DNA of 64,000 nucleotides, taken from positions 11,933-75,932 of the forward strand of contig MNIR01000051.1 of assembly GCA_001919865.1 (NCBI GenBank), written 5' to 3'. Shown here in pieces: positions 28,042-38,582 of this stretch. The notes beneath the pieces were generated by a model. That model did no database searches and was not told the origin of the DNA. It was given only the letters and a program-made list of their open reading frames with translations. The position numbers and the translations under genes are program-made. The stretch's first letter is position 1. Each line of letters starts with the position of its first letter. The DNA comes from Gemmatimonadetes bacterium 13_1_20CM_4_69_16 (GTDB taxonomy: Bacteria; Gemmatimonadota; Gemmatimonadetes; Gemmatimonadales; GWC2-71-9).

Positions 28042-29133
28042 ATGCCCCGCGTGATCGGCATCGACCCGGGGACGGTCACCATCGATGTGTGCGGCCTCGA
28101 GGACGGCCGCGTATTTCTCGACCAGGCGTTTCCGACCGCCACGGCGCTCGCCGACCCCGCCCGCTTCATCGGCCGACTGGAGGCGGCGGGACCGCTCGAC
28201 TGCATCGCCGGTCCGTCGGGTTACGGCCTCCCGCTCACCCGGGCGCAGCAGGCAACCGAGGAGGACCTGCGGCTCGCCTTCCTCGCTCGCGAAGGCGAGC
28301 CGGGCGGGATCGGCGGGTTGGGCGCGTTGGCCCGGGCACTCGCCCGGTCGGCCCTCCCGGTGTTTTTCACGCCGGGCGTCATCCACCTCAGCACGGTCCC
28401 GGCGCACCGCAAGGTGAATCGTGTGGACATGGGCACGGCGGACAAGGTGTGCGCGGCGGCGCTCGCCGTCGCCCAGCAGGCCGAACGTGGCTCGCGACCG
28501 ATCGCCCAGGTATCGCTCGTGCTGCTCGAGCTGGGCGGCGCCTTCAGCGCCGTGATCGCGGTCGGAGGCGGCAAGATCGTGGACGGCGTCGGCGGCTCCT
28601 CGGGTCCGCTGGGGTTCCGCGCGGCGGGGGCGCTGGACGGCGAGGTCGCGTTCCTCGCGGGCAGCGTGTCGAAGGCGATGCTGTTCACCGGCGGAGCCGC
28701 CGCCATAGCGGGCTGGGACGACGCGGGCGCGTCGCCGGAGCGGTTCGGCACGCCAGCCACGCCGCCCGAGGGCGTCGCCTGGGACGCGTTCGTCGAGAGC
28801 GTCGCAAAATACGCCGCGGCGCTCGCCCTCTCCGTCCCCTCGCCAACCGAGTTCGTCCTCTCCGGGCGGCTGGCCCAGGTGGGGGCGGTGCAGCACGCCA
28901 TGCGCCAGCGGCTCGGCCCGCTGGGCCCGACCCGCGTGCTGGAGGGGGAGGGGTTTGCCCACGTGGCGAAGACAGCGGCGCAGGGGGCCGCGCTCATCGC
29001 GGACGGCCTCGCGGGCGGCGCGCATCGGGCGCTCGTCGAGACGATGGGGATTCGGGACGCCCGCGGCACCGCGCTCGACCACTTGTACGTGATCTCCCGC
29101 CAACAGGCCCGGCGACGGCTGGGGCTCTCCTGA
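28042..29133 (+). CDS. ASKHA-fold, DUF1464-like protein of H4MPT gene islands
   Basis: N-terminal phosphate-1-like motif VIGIDPGTVTIDVCG and a later LELGGAFSAVIAV motif. Co-oriented and overlap-coupled with the H4MPT genes. The family call is from memory. Confidence 0.5.
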   Translation: MPRVIGIDPGTVTIDVCGLEDGRVFLDQAFPTATALADPARFIGRLEAAGPLDCIAGPSGYGLPLTRAQQATEEDLRLAFLAREGEPGGIGGLGALARALARSALPVFFTPGVIHLSTVPAHRKVNRVDMGTADKVCAAALAVAQQAERGSRPIAQVSLVLLELGGAFSAVIAVGGGKIVDGVGGSSGPLGFRAAGALDGEVAFLAGSVSKAMLFTGGAAAIAGWDDAGASPERFGTPATPPEGVAWDAFVESVAKYAAALALSVPSPTEFVLSGRLAQVGAVQHAMRQRLGPLGPTRVLEGEGFAHVAKTAAQGAALIADGLAGGAHRALVETMGIRDARGTALDHLYVISRQQARRRLGLS

Positions 29134-30284
29134 TGCTCCCCCGCGTGCTCATCGTGGGGGTGTCGACGCGCGGGCTCGCCGAATCTGCCGCTCGAGCGGG
29201 GTATCGCGTCGTCGCCGTGGATAGCTTCGGGGACCTCGATCTGCGCGCCTGCGCGGACGCCGTGTCGATCGCGCGGACCGCAGAGGAAAACCGCTTCAGC
29301 GTGCGAGCGGCGCTGCACGCCGTACGCGCCGTTCCCTGTGACGTCGCTACGTACGTGGCAAGCTTCGAGAACCATCCCGACGCCGTGCGGGCCCTCGCGC
29401 GGCGCGCCCCTCTGTGGGGCAATCCGCCCGCCGTGCTCCGACGGGTGCGAGACCCGGTCCGGCTCGCGCGCGCCCTCGTGGCCGGGGGAATTCCAGCGCC
29501 GGCGGTCCGTTTGAGTGCCCCCCGCCGCGCGCGGTCTGCGACTCGGTGGCTCGTGAAGCCGCGCGCGTCGGGCGGTGGGAGCGGCATCGTGCCGTGGCGC
29601 GGCCGGCGCGTGGCGGCGGGGAGTTACCTCCAGCAGCGGATCGCCGGCGTGCCGGGCTCAATCCTGTTCGCCGCCGATGGGCGGCACGCGGTGACCCTCG
29701 GCGTCTCGCGCCTCTTGAGCGGAGACGGGGCGTTCGGGGCCAGCGGATTTCGCTACTGCGGCAACATTCTGTGCGGCGTAGCGCCGGGCGTCCGACACCT
29801 CGCCGACCGCATTACCGACACGGTGACGCGGGCGTTCAAGCTGAGAGGTGTGAACGGGATCGACTTCGTGGCGCGCGGCGGCGTACCGTATCCGGTCGAG
29901 GTGAACCCGCGCTACACCGCGGCGCTGGAGTTGGTCGAGCGAGCGCACGGGCTCTCGATCTTCGAGACCCACGCGCGCGCGTGCGCAGGCGTGCTGCCGG
30001 CGTCGCTGCCGCCGGGCGACGCGGCGGCGGTCGGCGCGGTCGGCAAGGCGATCGTTTACGCCAAGCGCACCATCGTAATCGGGGACACGCACGCATGGCT
30101 CGAGGACGACAGCGTGCGCGACATCCCCGCCCCCGGCCAGCGGATCGCCCGGGGGCACCCGGTGTGCACCGTGTTCGCGCGCGGCCCGGACCAGGCGGCG
30201 TGCTATGCGGCGCTGGTGCGGCGCGCCGACGCCGTGTACCGCCAGATCACAGCGGGGACGGCACGGGAGCGGCGGATCGCATGA
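29133..30284 (+). CDS. ATP-grasp ligase (MfnD / carboligase-like, cofactor biosynthesis)
   Basis: ATGA-type overlap with the upstream gene. ATP-grasp pattern (WLVKPRASGGGSGI..., YLQQRIAG, GVNGIDFV...PYPVEVNPR). Confidence 0.6.
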   Translation: MLPRVLIVGVSTRGLAESAARAGYRVVAVDSFGDLDLRACADAVSIARTAEENRFSVRAALHAVRAVPCDVATYVASFENHPDAVRALARRAPLWGNPPAVLRRVRDPVRLARALVAGGIPAPAVRLSAPRRARSATRWLVKPRASGGGSGIVPWRGRRVAAGSYLQQRIAGVPGSILFAADGRHAVTLGVSRLLSGDGAFGASGFRYCGNILCGVAPGVRHLADRITDTVTRAFKLRGVNGIDFVARGGVPYPVEVNPRYTAALELVERAHGLSIFETHARACAGVLPASLPPGDAAAVGAVGKAIVYAKRTIVIGDTHAWLEDDSVRDIPAPGQRIARGHPVCTVFARGPDQAACYAALVRRADAVYRQITAGTARERRIA

Positions 30285-31540
30285 GCCCGGCTGAGCGGGC
30301 CGTCGAGCACGTCACCTGCCTCGGCTGCGGGTGCGCGTGCGACGACATCACCCTCGTCGTGAAACAGGATCGCGTCGCCGCAGCGCGCAACGCCTGCACG
30401 CTGGGCGTCGCGTGGTTCGGCGACGGCAGCGCCTCGCACGAGGTGCGAGTGGACGGCCGCAGTACGTCGCTCGAACAGGCGCTCGCCCGAGCTGCGGAAA
30501 TCCTGCGGGCGGCCAAACGACCGCTCGTCTACCTCGCCGCCGACATCTCCTGCGAGGCGCAGCGTGAGGCGGTGGCGATCGGTGACCACCTGGGCGCGAT
30601 GCTCGACACCCTCACATCCGCCGCCGCGGCAAGCGTCCTTGCCGCCCAGCGGCGGGGCCGGGCGGGCGCGACGCTGGGCGAGCTCCGCCAGCGGGCCGAC
30701 GTGATCGTCTTCTGGGGCGTGGACCCGGCGACGAGATACCCGCGCTTTGCGTCGCGCTACGCCGTCGAGCCGCGGGGCCTCCAGGCCCCTGACGGCCGAC
30801 GGAGCCGCAGGGTCGTCGCCGTGGACGTGGGCTCCAGCCGCGCTGTCGCGGACGCCGACGCCCGCGTCGCGGTCGCGGCGGCGGACGAGCTGGACGCGCT
30901 CGGCGTCCTGCGCGCGATCGCTCAGGGCCGCGTGGCGAGCGAAGACGCCCGGTTTCACCCCATCGCCGAACTCGCCCGCGCCATGATGCAGGCGCGGTAC
31001 GTGGCGCTCGTCGCCGACGGAGAGCCCGCCGGCCCGCCCGACGACCTCGCCCCCGACCGCGCGGAGGCGCTCGTGACCCTCGCCCAAGCGCTCAACGGGC
31101 CCACCCGCTGCGCGCTCGCGACGCTGCGCGGTGGCGGGAACCGCTCCGGCGCGGACGCCGTGATCACCTGGCAGACCGGCTTCCCGTTCGCGGTGGACTT
31201 CGCCCCGGGCTATCCCACGTACCGGCCGCACGCCGGGGCGGCCGCGCTGCTCGACGCCGGTGAGGTGGATGCGGCGTTGGTGATCGGCTCGCCGGCCAGC
31301 GTCCCCGCGCCGGTCGTCAACAGGCTCACGCGGCTCCCGGCAGTCGGGATCGGCCCGCGGGCGAGCGCGGCGCTCTTCCAACCCGCCGTGGCGGTGGACA
31401 CGGGGGTCGCGGGCATCCACGAGTCCGGTACGGCGTTCCGGATGGATGACGTCCCGTTGCCGCTGCGCGCGGCACTCACCGGGCCCCCATCCACGACCGC
31501 CAGCGCGCTGCACGCGCTGCGCCAGCAGTTGGGCGCGTGA
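30281..31540 (+). CDS. fhcB: Formyltransferase/hydrolase complex subunit B (FwdB/FmdB homolog)
   Basis: ATGA overlap. N-terminus VTCLGCGCACDDI and molybdopterin-oxidoreductase-like fold text typical of FhcB. Confidence 0.8.
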   Translation: MSPAERAVEHVTCLGCGCACDDITLVVKQDRVAAARNACTLGVAWFGDGSASHEVRVDGRSTSLEQALARAAEILRAAKRPLVYLAADISCEAQREAVAIGDHLGAMLDTLTSAAAASVLAAQRRGRAGATLGELRQRADVIVFWGVDPATRYPRFASRYAVEPRGLQAPDGRRSRRVVAVDVGSSRAVADADARVAVAAADELDALGVLRAIAQGRVASEDARFHPIAELARAMMQARYVALVADGEPAGPPDDLAPDRAEALVTLAQALNGPTRCALATLRGGGNRSGADAVITWQTGFPFAVDFAPGYPTYRPHAGAAALLDAGEVDAALVIGSPASVPAPVVNRLTRLPAVGIGPRASAALFQPAVAVDTGVAGIHESGTAFRMDDVPLPLRAALTGPPSTTASALHALRQQLGA

Positions 31541-33186
31541 GCGCTCCCGCACGCCTCCGCATCACCGGCGGCCGGGTGTACGATCCCGCGAACGGAGTCG
31601 ACGGCGCGGTGCGCGACGTATGCATCGAGGGCGACCGGATCGTCGCCGAGCTGCCGGCCGGCGCTCCGCGGCTCGACGCCCGCGGCCTGATTGTGATGCC
31701 GGGGGGCGTCGACATCCATGCGCACGTCGCCGGCTCGAGTGTGAACCACGGTCGCCGCCTGCTCCCGGAGGAGCACGCCGCCGACCCGGCGCCGGCACCC
31801 ACGCTCGCTGACGGCGCGACCGCGCGGTCGGGGACGGGCGGCACCATCCCGAGCACGTTCACCACCGGCTACCGCTATGCCGGCCTCGGCTACACGACCG
31901 CGATGGAGGCGGCGGTCGCCCCGCTCGCGGCCCGGCAGGCGCACGCGGAGCTCGACGACACGCCGATCATCGATGCGGGCTGCTTCGTGCTGCTCGGCAA
32001 CGACGAGTATCTGCTCCGCCAGCTGGCGGCGGGAGAGTCGGCACGCGCGCGCGAGTATGCGGCGTGGCTGCTTGGCGCGACCCGAGGCTACGCGATCAAG
32101 GTCGTGAATCCGGGCGGCATCGCGCGCTGGAAATCGGGGGGAGGGGGGGGAGGGGACGCCGCACGCAATGTGACCGGGCTCGACGACGCCGTCGGATCGA
32201 GCGCCGTGACGCCGCGCCTGATTCTCGAGACGCTCGCGGCCGCGGCCAACGCCCTGCAGCTGCCGCACCCGGTACACATCCACTGCAACAACTTGGGGCA
32301 GCCCGGAAACGTGGCGACCACCCTCGCGACCATGCAGGCGCTCACCGGCCGGCGCGCGCACTTCACGCACCTCCAGTTCCACAGCTACGGTGGCGAGCGG
32401 GGCAAGGGCTGGAGCTCGGCCGCGAAACAGGTGATCGAGCACGTCAACGCGCATCCGGAGGTGAGCGCGGATGTGGGCCAGGTGATGTTCGGTCCCGCCA
32501 CCACCGTCACCGCCGATGGGCCGGTCGAGCACCTGCTTCACGTGAGCACCGGTCGCAAGTGGGTGAACGTCGACATCGAGCTCGAGACCGGGTGTGGGAT
32601 CGTTCCCTACGCCTACAAGGAGAAGGCCGCGGTCGCGGCGCTGCAGTGGGCGGTGGGGCTCGAGCTGTTCCTGCTGGCGCGCGATCCCTGGCGCGTCGTG
32701 CTCTCCACCGATCACCCGAACGGCGGGTCGTTCCGCTCCTATCCGGAGCTCATCCGACTGCTGATGGACCGGGCGTATCGCGACGAGAAGCTGAAGCAGG
32801 TGAACCAGAAGCTGCTCGCCGGGAGCGCGCTGCTGGACGGGTTGGGGCGCGAGTACACGCTGTCCGAGATCGCCGTCGTCACGCGCGCCGGACCGGCGCG
32901 ACTGCTCGGGTTGAGCAACAAAGGGCACCTGGGCGTCGGGGCGGACGCGGACGTCACGATCTACCCGGACGACCCCGACCGCGCGACCATGTTCTCGACC
33001 CCGCGCCACGTGATCAAGGGCGGCACCCTCGTCGTCGAGGAGGGCCAGCTGCGCCGCGCGCCTGCCGGGCGACGGCTGTCGGTGCGCCCCGCCTTCGACG
33101 CCGCGGTCACGAAGGATCTGAGGCGCTTCTTCGACGAGTACGCCTGTGTGGCGTTCGAGAACTACGGCGTCGAGCCCGCGCCATGA
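31537..33186 (+). CDS. fhcA: Formyltransferase/hydrolase complex subunit A (amidohydrolase, FwdA homolog)
   Basis: GTGA overlap. ITGGRVYDPANG...MPGGVDIHAHV metal-binding start, 549 aa. Confidence 0.85.
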   Translation: MSAPARLRITGGRVYDPANGVDGAVRDVCIEGDRIVAELPAGAPRLDARGLIVMPGGVDIHAHVAGSSVNHGRRLLPEEHAADPAPAPTLADGATARSGTGGTIPSTFTTGYRYAGLGYTTAMEAAVAPLAARQAHAELDDTPIIDAGCFVLLGNDEYLLRQLAAGESARAREYAAWLLGATRGYAIKVVNPGGIARWKSGGGGGGDAARNVTGLDDAVGSSAVTPRLILETLAAAANALQLPHPVHIHCNNLGQPGNVATTLATMQALTGRRAHFTHLQFHSYGGERGKGWSSAAKQVIEHVNAHPEVSADVGQVMFGPATTVTADGPVEHLLHVSTGRKWVNVDIELETGCGIVPYAYKEKAAVAALQWAVGLELFLLARDPWRVVLSTDHPNGGSFRSYPELIRLLMDRAYRDEKLKQVNQKLLAGSALLDGLGREYTLSEIAVVTRAGPARLLGLSNKGHLGVGADADVTIYPDDPDRATMFSTPRHVIKGGTLVVEEGQLRRAPAGRRLSVRPAFDAAVTKDLRRFFDEYACVAFENYGVEPAP

Positions 33187-34085
33187 AGATCAACGGCGTG
33201 CCGATCGAGGACACGTTCGCCGAGGCGTTCACGATGCGGGTCGCCCGACTCATCATCACGGGGCGGAATGCGAAATGGGCGCGCGAAGCGGCCGTGAAGC
33301 TCACCGGCTTCGCCACGTCGGTCATCGGCTGCAAGTGCGAAGCGGGGATCGAGCGCGAGCTGAAGGAGAGCGAGACGCCGGACGGACGACCCGGTATCAG
33401 CGTGCTGTTTCTCACGATGGACAAGGCGAGCCTTCCCGAGCAGTTGATCGTGCGGGTGGGGCAGACCGTGCTCACGTGTCCCACCACCGCCTGTTTCGAC
33501 GGCCTGCCGGACGTGCCGGACCGGCTGACGGTGGGCAAGGCGTTGCGCGTGTTCGGTGACGGCTTTCAAGCGAGCAAGCTGATCGCCGGCAAGCGCTACT
33601 GGCGGCTGCCGGTCATGGAAGGGGAGTTCCTCATCGAAGAGACGTTCGGTATGCAAAAGGGAGTGGGCGGCGGCAACTTCCTGATCCTCGCCGCGGACGC
33701 CGACGCGGCGCTCGCCGCCGCCGAGGCCGCCGTCCAAGCGATGACGAACCTGCCAGGGGTGATCCTCCCCTTTCCGGGGGGCGTCGTGCGGAGCGGGAGT
33801 AAAGTGGGCTCGCAGCGCTACAAGAACATGATCGCGACGACCAACGACGCCTTCAACCCGACGCTGCGGGCGATCACGCAATCCCAGCTCCCCGAAGGGG
33901 TGAACAGCGTGCTCGAGATCGTGCTGGACGGGACCGACGTCCCCGCGATCGAAGCGGCGATGCGGGTCGGCATTCGTGCCGCCTGCGGCCCGGGGGTCAG
34001 GTCTATCACGGCCGGCAACTACGGGGGGAAGTTGGGCCCGCATCACTTTCATCTGCGGAAAATCATGAGTGAGGTCGGCGCGTGA
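33183..34085 (+). CDS. fhcD: Formylmethanofuran--tetrahydromethanopterin N-formyltransferase
   Basis: ATGA overlap. MKINGVPIEDTFAEAFTMRVARLIITG...GGNFLILA...RYKNMIATTN is typical Ftr/FhcD sequence. Confidence 0.88.
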   Translation: MKINGVPIEDTFAEAFTMRVARLIITGRNAKWAREAAVKLTGFATSVIGCKCEAGIERELKESETPDGRPGISVLFLTMDKASLPEQLIVRVGQTVLTCPTTACFDGLPDVPDRLTVGKALRVFGDGFQASKLIAGKRYWRLPVMEGEFLIEETFGMQKGVGGGNFLILAADADAALAAAEAAVQAMTNLPGVILPFPGGVVRSGSKVGSQRYKNMIATTNDAFNPTLRAITQSQLPEGVNSVLEIVLDGTDVPAIEAAMRVGIRAACGPGVRSITAGNYGGKLGPHHFHLRKIMSEVGA

Positions 34086-34119
34086 GGAGCCGCAGCTTCA
34101 GCCGCGACCGGAGGCCGGC

Positions 34120-34880
34120 ATGAGCGCCGCGGTCACCCTGTCGCTCGCCCAGCAACCCGAGCATACCCTGGTCGCCGATTGCATCGCCGCCGATCGCTTC
34201 GCGTCACTCGGCGCGAAGCAGATCGCCGAGCTTCCCGTGGTCCACGGGGGCCGCCGCGCGACGCTGGGCGACTTCTTCAAGGTCCGGGGCGAGCGTTCGA
34301 CCACGCTGCGGATCGAAGGCGACCTCGCCCGGGTGGAGGGCATCGGCACCGCAATGGCGGGCGGCGAGATCGTCATCGCGGGCGGCGCCGGCCGGGACGT
34401 GGGCGTGCAGATGATCGGTGGCAGGATCGACGTCGGCGGCGATGCGGGCGACAATGCGGGCGGGGCCCGGCCGGGCGCGTCGCGCGGCATGGCGGGTGGG
34501 GAGATCGTCATTCGCGGGAGCGCCGGGGCGGAGGCCGGCGCGCGGATGCGCCGGGGACTGGTCGTCGTGACAGGAGACGCGCGGCGCGGGGCGGGCAGCG
34601 GCATGATCGCCGGCACGGTGGTCGTGTTCGGCAAGGCGGCCGCAGGAGCGGGCCGGTTTCTGAAGCGCGGCTCGCTCGTCGCGCTCGGCGCGATCGAGCG
34701 CCCGGCGACGTTCCGGTACGCGTGCACCTACCGGCCCCCGCACCTCCCCGTGCTGCTGCGCTACCTGCGCGCGCGCTACGGGCTCGCCGTCGCGGAGCCG
34801 CAGATCACGGGTCGCTACGCGCGTTACTCAGGCGACCTGGCCGAGCTGGGTCGGGGAGAGATCCTCCAGTGGGTCGCGCC

Positions 34881-34884
<4 letters not shown>
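34120..34884 (+). CDS. fhcC: Formyltransferase/hydrolase complex subunit C (FwdC homolog)
   Basis: Gly-rich beta-helix repeats (GTAMAGGEIVIAGGAGRDVGVQMIGGRIDVGGDAGDNAG...MAGGEIVIRGSAG). Alternative start at 34069. Confidence 0.8.
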
Positions 34885-35846
<962 letters not shown>

Positions 35847-35886
35847 AACGCGCCCCCTCACCACTCACACCAGAAGGAGCGATCTC

Positions 35887-36303
35887 ATGCAGCGTCCGTT
35901 GCTCAGCTTCGCCGCGCTCGCCACGCTTGCGCTTGGTGCCGCCTGCTCCAAGCCGGCGCCGCAACAACAGCAGGCCGCCGCGGCCGTGCAGTCGGGGGTG
36001 ATCGTGCTGTACAACCAGCCAAAGGACACGGCCGCGTTCGAGAAGTACTACGCGGAGAAGCACGTGCCGCTGTTCGCTTCCCATGCGCAGGAGATCGGGG
36101 TGACGCGCGTAGAGCTCGTGAAATTCGCGGCGACCATCGACGGGCAGCGGCCGACGTTGTATCGCATGGCCGACCTCCGGTGGGAGTCCCGAGCCGCGCT
36201 CGAGAAGGGAATCGCGACGCCCGGGTTCAAAGCGGTGGCGGCGGACCTCGCGAACTTTGCCACGGGCGGCGTGACCGTCCTGATCGGCGGGAAGACGAAC
36301 TAG
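35887..36303 (+). CDS. EthD-family protein with a lipoprotein signal peptide
   Basis: AAGGAG RBS. Lipobox LALGAAC. Mature part VIVLYNQPKDTAAFEKYYAEKHVPL...WESRAALEKGIATPGFKAV resembles the EthD/TIGR02118 family. Confidence 0.6.
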   Translation: MQRPLLSFAALATLALGAACSKPAPQQQQAAAAVQSGVIVLYNQPKDTAAFEKYYAEKHVPLFASHAQEIGVTRVELVKFAATIDGQRPTLYRMADLRWESRAALEKGIATPGFKAVAADLANFATGGVTVLIGGKTN

Positions 36304-36308
36304 CGGCT

Positions 36309-37187
36309 GTGCGCATCGCGATCCTCGCGGCGCGGCAGGGCTGGCACACCGACGAGCTCTGCCGCGCGCTTGCCGCCCGGGGACACGCCGGGTGCGTTCT
36401 CGCTTACGAGGCGCTGGTAGCGCGCTTCGGCGGCACGGCACCGGGGTTTGCCGCTGCCGGAGCAGACCTCGGCGCCTGCGACGCGGTGCTCGCCCGCATC
36501 GTGCCCGCCGGCTCGCTCGAGCAGATCATCTTCCGGATGGACGCGCTGCATGCGCTGGAAGAGCGGGGGGTACTCGTCGTGAACTCGCCCCGCGCCATCG
36601 AGCGCACGGTGGACAAGCTGTGGACGACGGCGATCCTCGAGCGAGCCGGGCTCGCGGTCCCCGAGACCGTCGTGTGCGAGAGCCCGGATGAGGCGGTCGC
36701 GGCGTTTCGCACGCTCGGAGACGTGATCGTGAAACCGCTGTTCGGCTCGATGGGGCTGGGCATGGTGCGCGTGACGACGGAGGAGATGGCGTTTCGCGTG
36801 TTTCGCACGCTGGAGACGATCCGCGCGGTATATTACGTTCAGCGTGCGATCGACCACGCGGGCTGCGACGTGCGGGCCTTCGTGGTGGGCGGCCGCGTGA
36901 TCGGGGCGATCGAGCGCAGCGCGGCCGGCTGGAAGACAAACCTGGCGCGCGGCGGGAGCGCGCGGGCGACCACCCTCTCGGCGGAGCGGGCCGCGCTGGC
37001 TGTGCGCGCGGCCCAGGCCGTGGGGGCCGAGTACGCCGGCGTCGACCTGCTCCCCGCGCGCGACGGCACGGACTATGTGGTCGAGGTGAACGGAATTCCG
37101 GGATGGCGCGGCTTGCAGGAAGCGACCTCCATCGACGTCGCGGCGACGATCGTCACGCACCTCCTCGGGCGCCTGACGCCGCGGTGA
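36309..37187 (+). CDS. RimK-type alpha-L-glutamate ligase (MptN-like, H4MPT glutamylation)
   Basis: GTG start. VNSPRAIERTVDKLWTT, VIVKPLFGSMGLGM, WKTNLARGG, DYVVEVNGIPGW is the RimK/MptN ATP-grasp pattern. Confidence 0.75.
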   Translation: MRIAILAARQGWHTDELCRALAARGHAGCVLAYEALVARFGGTAPGFAAAGADLGACDAVLARIVPAGSLEQIIFRMDALHALEERGVLVVNSPRAIERTVDKLWTTAILERAGLAVPETVVCESPDEAVAAFRTLGDVIVKPLFGSMGLGMVRVTTEEMAFRVFRTLETIRAVYYVQRAIDHAGCDVRAFVVGGRVIGAIERSAAGWKTNLARGGSARATTLSAERAALAVRAAQAVGAEYAGVDLLPARDGTDYVVEVNGIPGWRGLQEATSIDVAATIVTHLLGRLTPR

Positions 37188-38092
37188 GCCGGGCGGCGCG
37201 GGCGGCCGAGGTCGCTGCCGCGGCGCAGCTCGCCTGCCTGCTGGAGGCGAGCGCTCCCAAGCCCGGCAACGTGTCCCCCGGCGCCGCTTTCCGCGACGCG
37301 ACCTACGAGGACTTCTTGGCGAGCGCCGTGGCGATCGGCCCCGCGCTCGCCGCGGCGGGCCAGCAGCCGCTCGGCGCCACGATCCGCGCCGCCGTGGAGG
37401 CCACCGCCCGGTGGGCCCCGTCCAATACCAACCTCGGCCTGGTGCTGCTGCTCGCCCCCCTCGCCCGAGCCGCCTTGCGGCCGGGGGGGACGGAGGGGAA
37501 GAGGGGGGGCGCGCCGCTGCGGTCCGGCCTCGCCGCCACGCTCGCCGAGACCACAGTGGCCGACGCGGCTGAGGCCTACGCCGCGATCCGCCGCGCCGCG
37601 CCGGGCGGCCTCGGCCACACGTCCGAGCAGGACGTGACCGGGACACCGACGGTGACGTTGCGCGCGGCGATGGCGCTGGCGGCCGGGCGGGACGCGATTG
37701 CCCGCGAGTACGCGACCGACTTCGAGACCACCTTCGATGCTGGCGTGCCGGCGCTGCGCCGGGCGCTCGCGGCGGGGCTTGCCTGGCGCGACGCCGTAGT
37801 CGAGACCTACCTCACACTTCTGGCCGCCTGGCCGGACACGCACATCGCCCGTAAGGTTGGCCCTGAGCACGCGGTCCACGTGCAGCGACGGGCGCGGGCC
37901 GTGCTCGACGCGGGAGGGGTGCGCACTGCCGCCGGTCGCGAGACGATCGGCGCGCTCGACCGCGAGCTGCGGGACGAGCGCAATACGAGCAACCCGGGGG
38001 CCACGGCCGATCTCACGGGCGCCGCGATCTGCGTCGTCTTGTTGGAGGGCGGCTGGCGGCGGGGAGAACAGGAAGCCGATGGCCGGGCGTAA
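37184..38092 (+). CDS. Triphosphoribosyl-dephospho-CoA synthase (CitG/MdcB)-like protein
   Basis: GTGA overlap. CitG signature region LLEASAPKPGNVSPG...DATYEDFLASA and NTNLGLVLLLAPL. Confidence 0.7.
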   Translation: MSRAARAAEVAAAAQLACLLEASAPKPGNVSPGAAFRDATYEDFLASAVAIGPALAAAGQQPLGATIRAAVEATARWAPSNTNLGLVLLLAPLARAALRPGGTEGKRGGAPLRSGLAATLAETTVADAAEAYAAIRRAAPGGLGHTSEQDVTGTPTVTLRAAMALAAGRDAIAREYATDFETTFDAGVPALRRALAAGLAWRDAVVETYLTLLAAWPDTHIARKVGPEHAVHVQRRARAVLDAGGVRTAAGRETIGALDRELRDERNTSNPGATADLTGAAICVVLLEGGWRRGEQEADGRA

Positions 38093-38582
38093 GCAGTTCA
38101 AGGTGGCGGTGAGCAAGGACAACCACGTCTTCGCGTCCGCGCACTTCATCACCTTCCCGGGGCACCGCTGCGAGACGCTGCACGGCCACAACTACCGCAC
38201 GCAGGTCGTGGTCGAAGGGGGGCTCGATCCCGAAGCGCACTACGTGGTGGACTTCTCGGAGCTGAAGCAGCTGATGAAGCGGCTCACCGACGAGCTCGAC
38301 CACAAGGTGCTGCTGCCGATGCAGAACCCGAAGCTGCAGGTGGGAGAAGAAGGGGAGACCGTGACGGTCGCGGTCAACGGCAAGCCCCGCTACGTCTTTC
38401 CCAAGATCGATTGCGCACTGCTGCCGATCCCGAACACGACGGTCGAGATGCTGGCGCAGTACCTCGCGGGGCGCGTGTGCCGCGAGCTCACGACGGCGCC
38501 CGGCGTGGACCTGATGGCGATCGAGGTCGAGGTGGAGGAGAACTTCGGCCAGTCCGCCACTTACCGCGAGGCGCTCGGGTGA
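38079..38582 (+). CDS. 6-pyruvoyl-tetrahydropterin synthase (PTPS/QueD)-family protein
   Basis: FKVAVSKDNHVFASAHFITFPGHRCETLHGHNYRTQVVVEG...VVDFSELK is the PTPS fold signature (C...HGHxY). Confidence 0.75.
   Translation: MAGRKQFKVAVSKDNHVFASAHFITFPGHRCETLHGHNYRTQVVVEGGLDPEAHYVVDFSELKQLMKRLTDELDHKVLLPMQNPKLQVGEEGETVTVAVNGKPRYVFPKIDCALLPIPNTTVEMLAQYLAGRVCRELTTAPGVDLMAIEVEVEENFGQSATYREALG

Noticed and set aside
31210-33009. 599-aa minus-strand ORF antisense to fhcB/fhcA. Similar long antisense ORFs occur at 36300-37646, 19752-21257, 12037-13203, 9467-10908, 42755-44338 and 56068-57465.
   Set aside because: All lie antisense to genes with strong family signatures. All have Arg/His/Gly/Pro-biased composition and no recognisable motifs.
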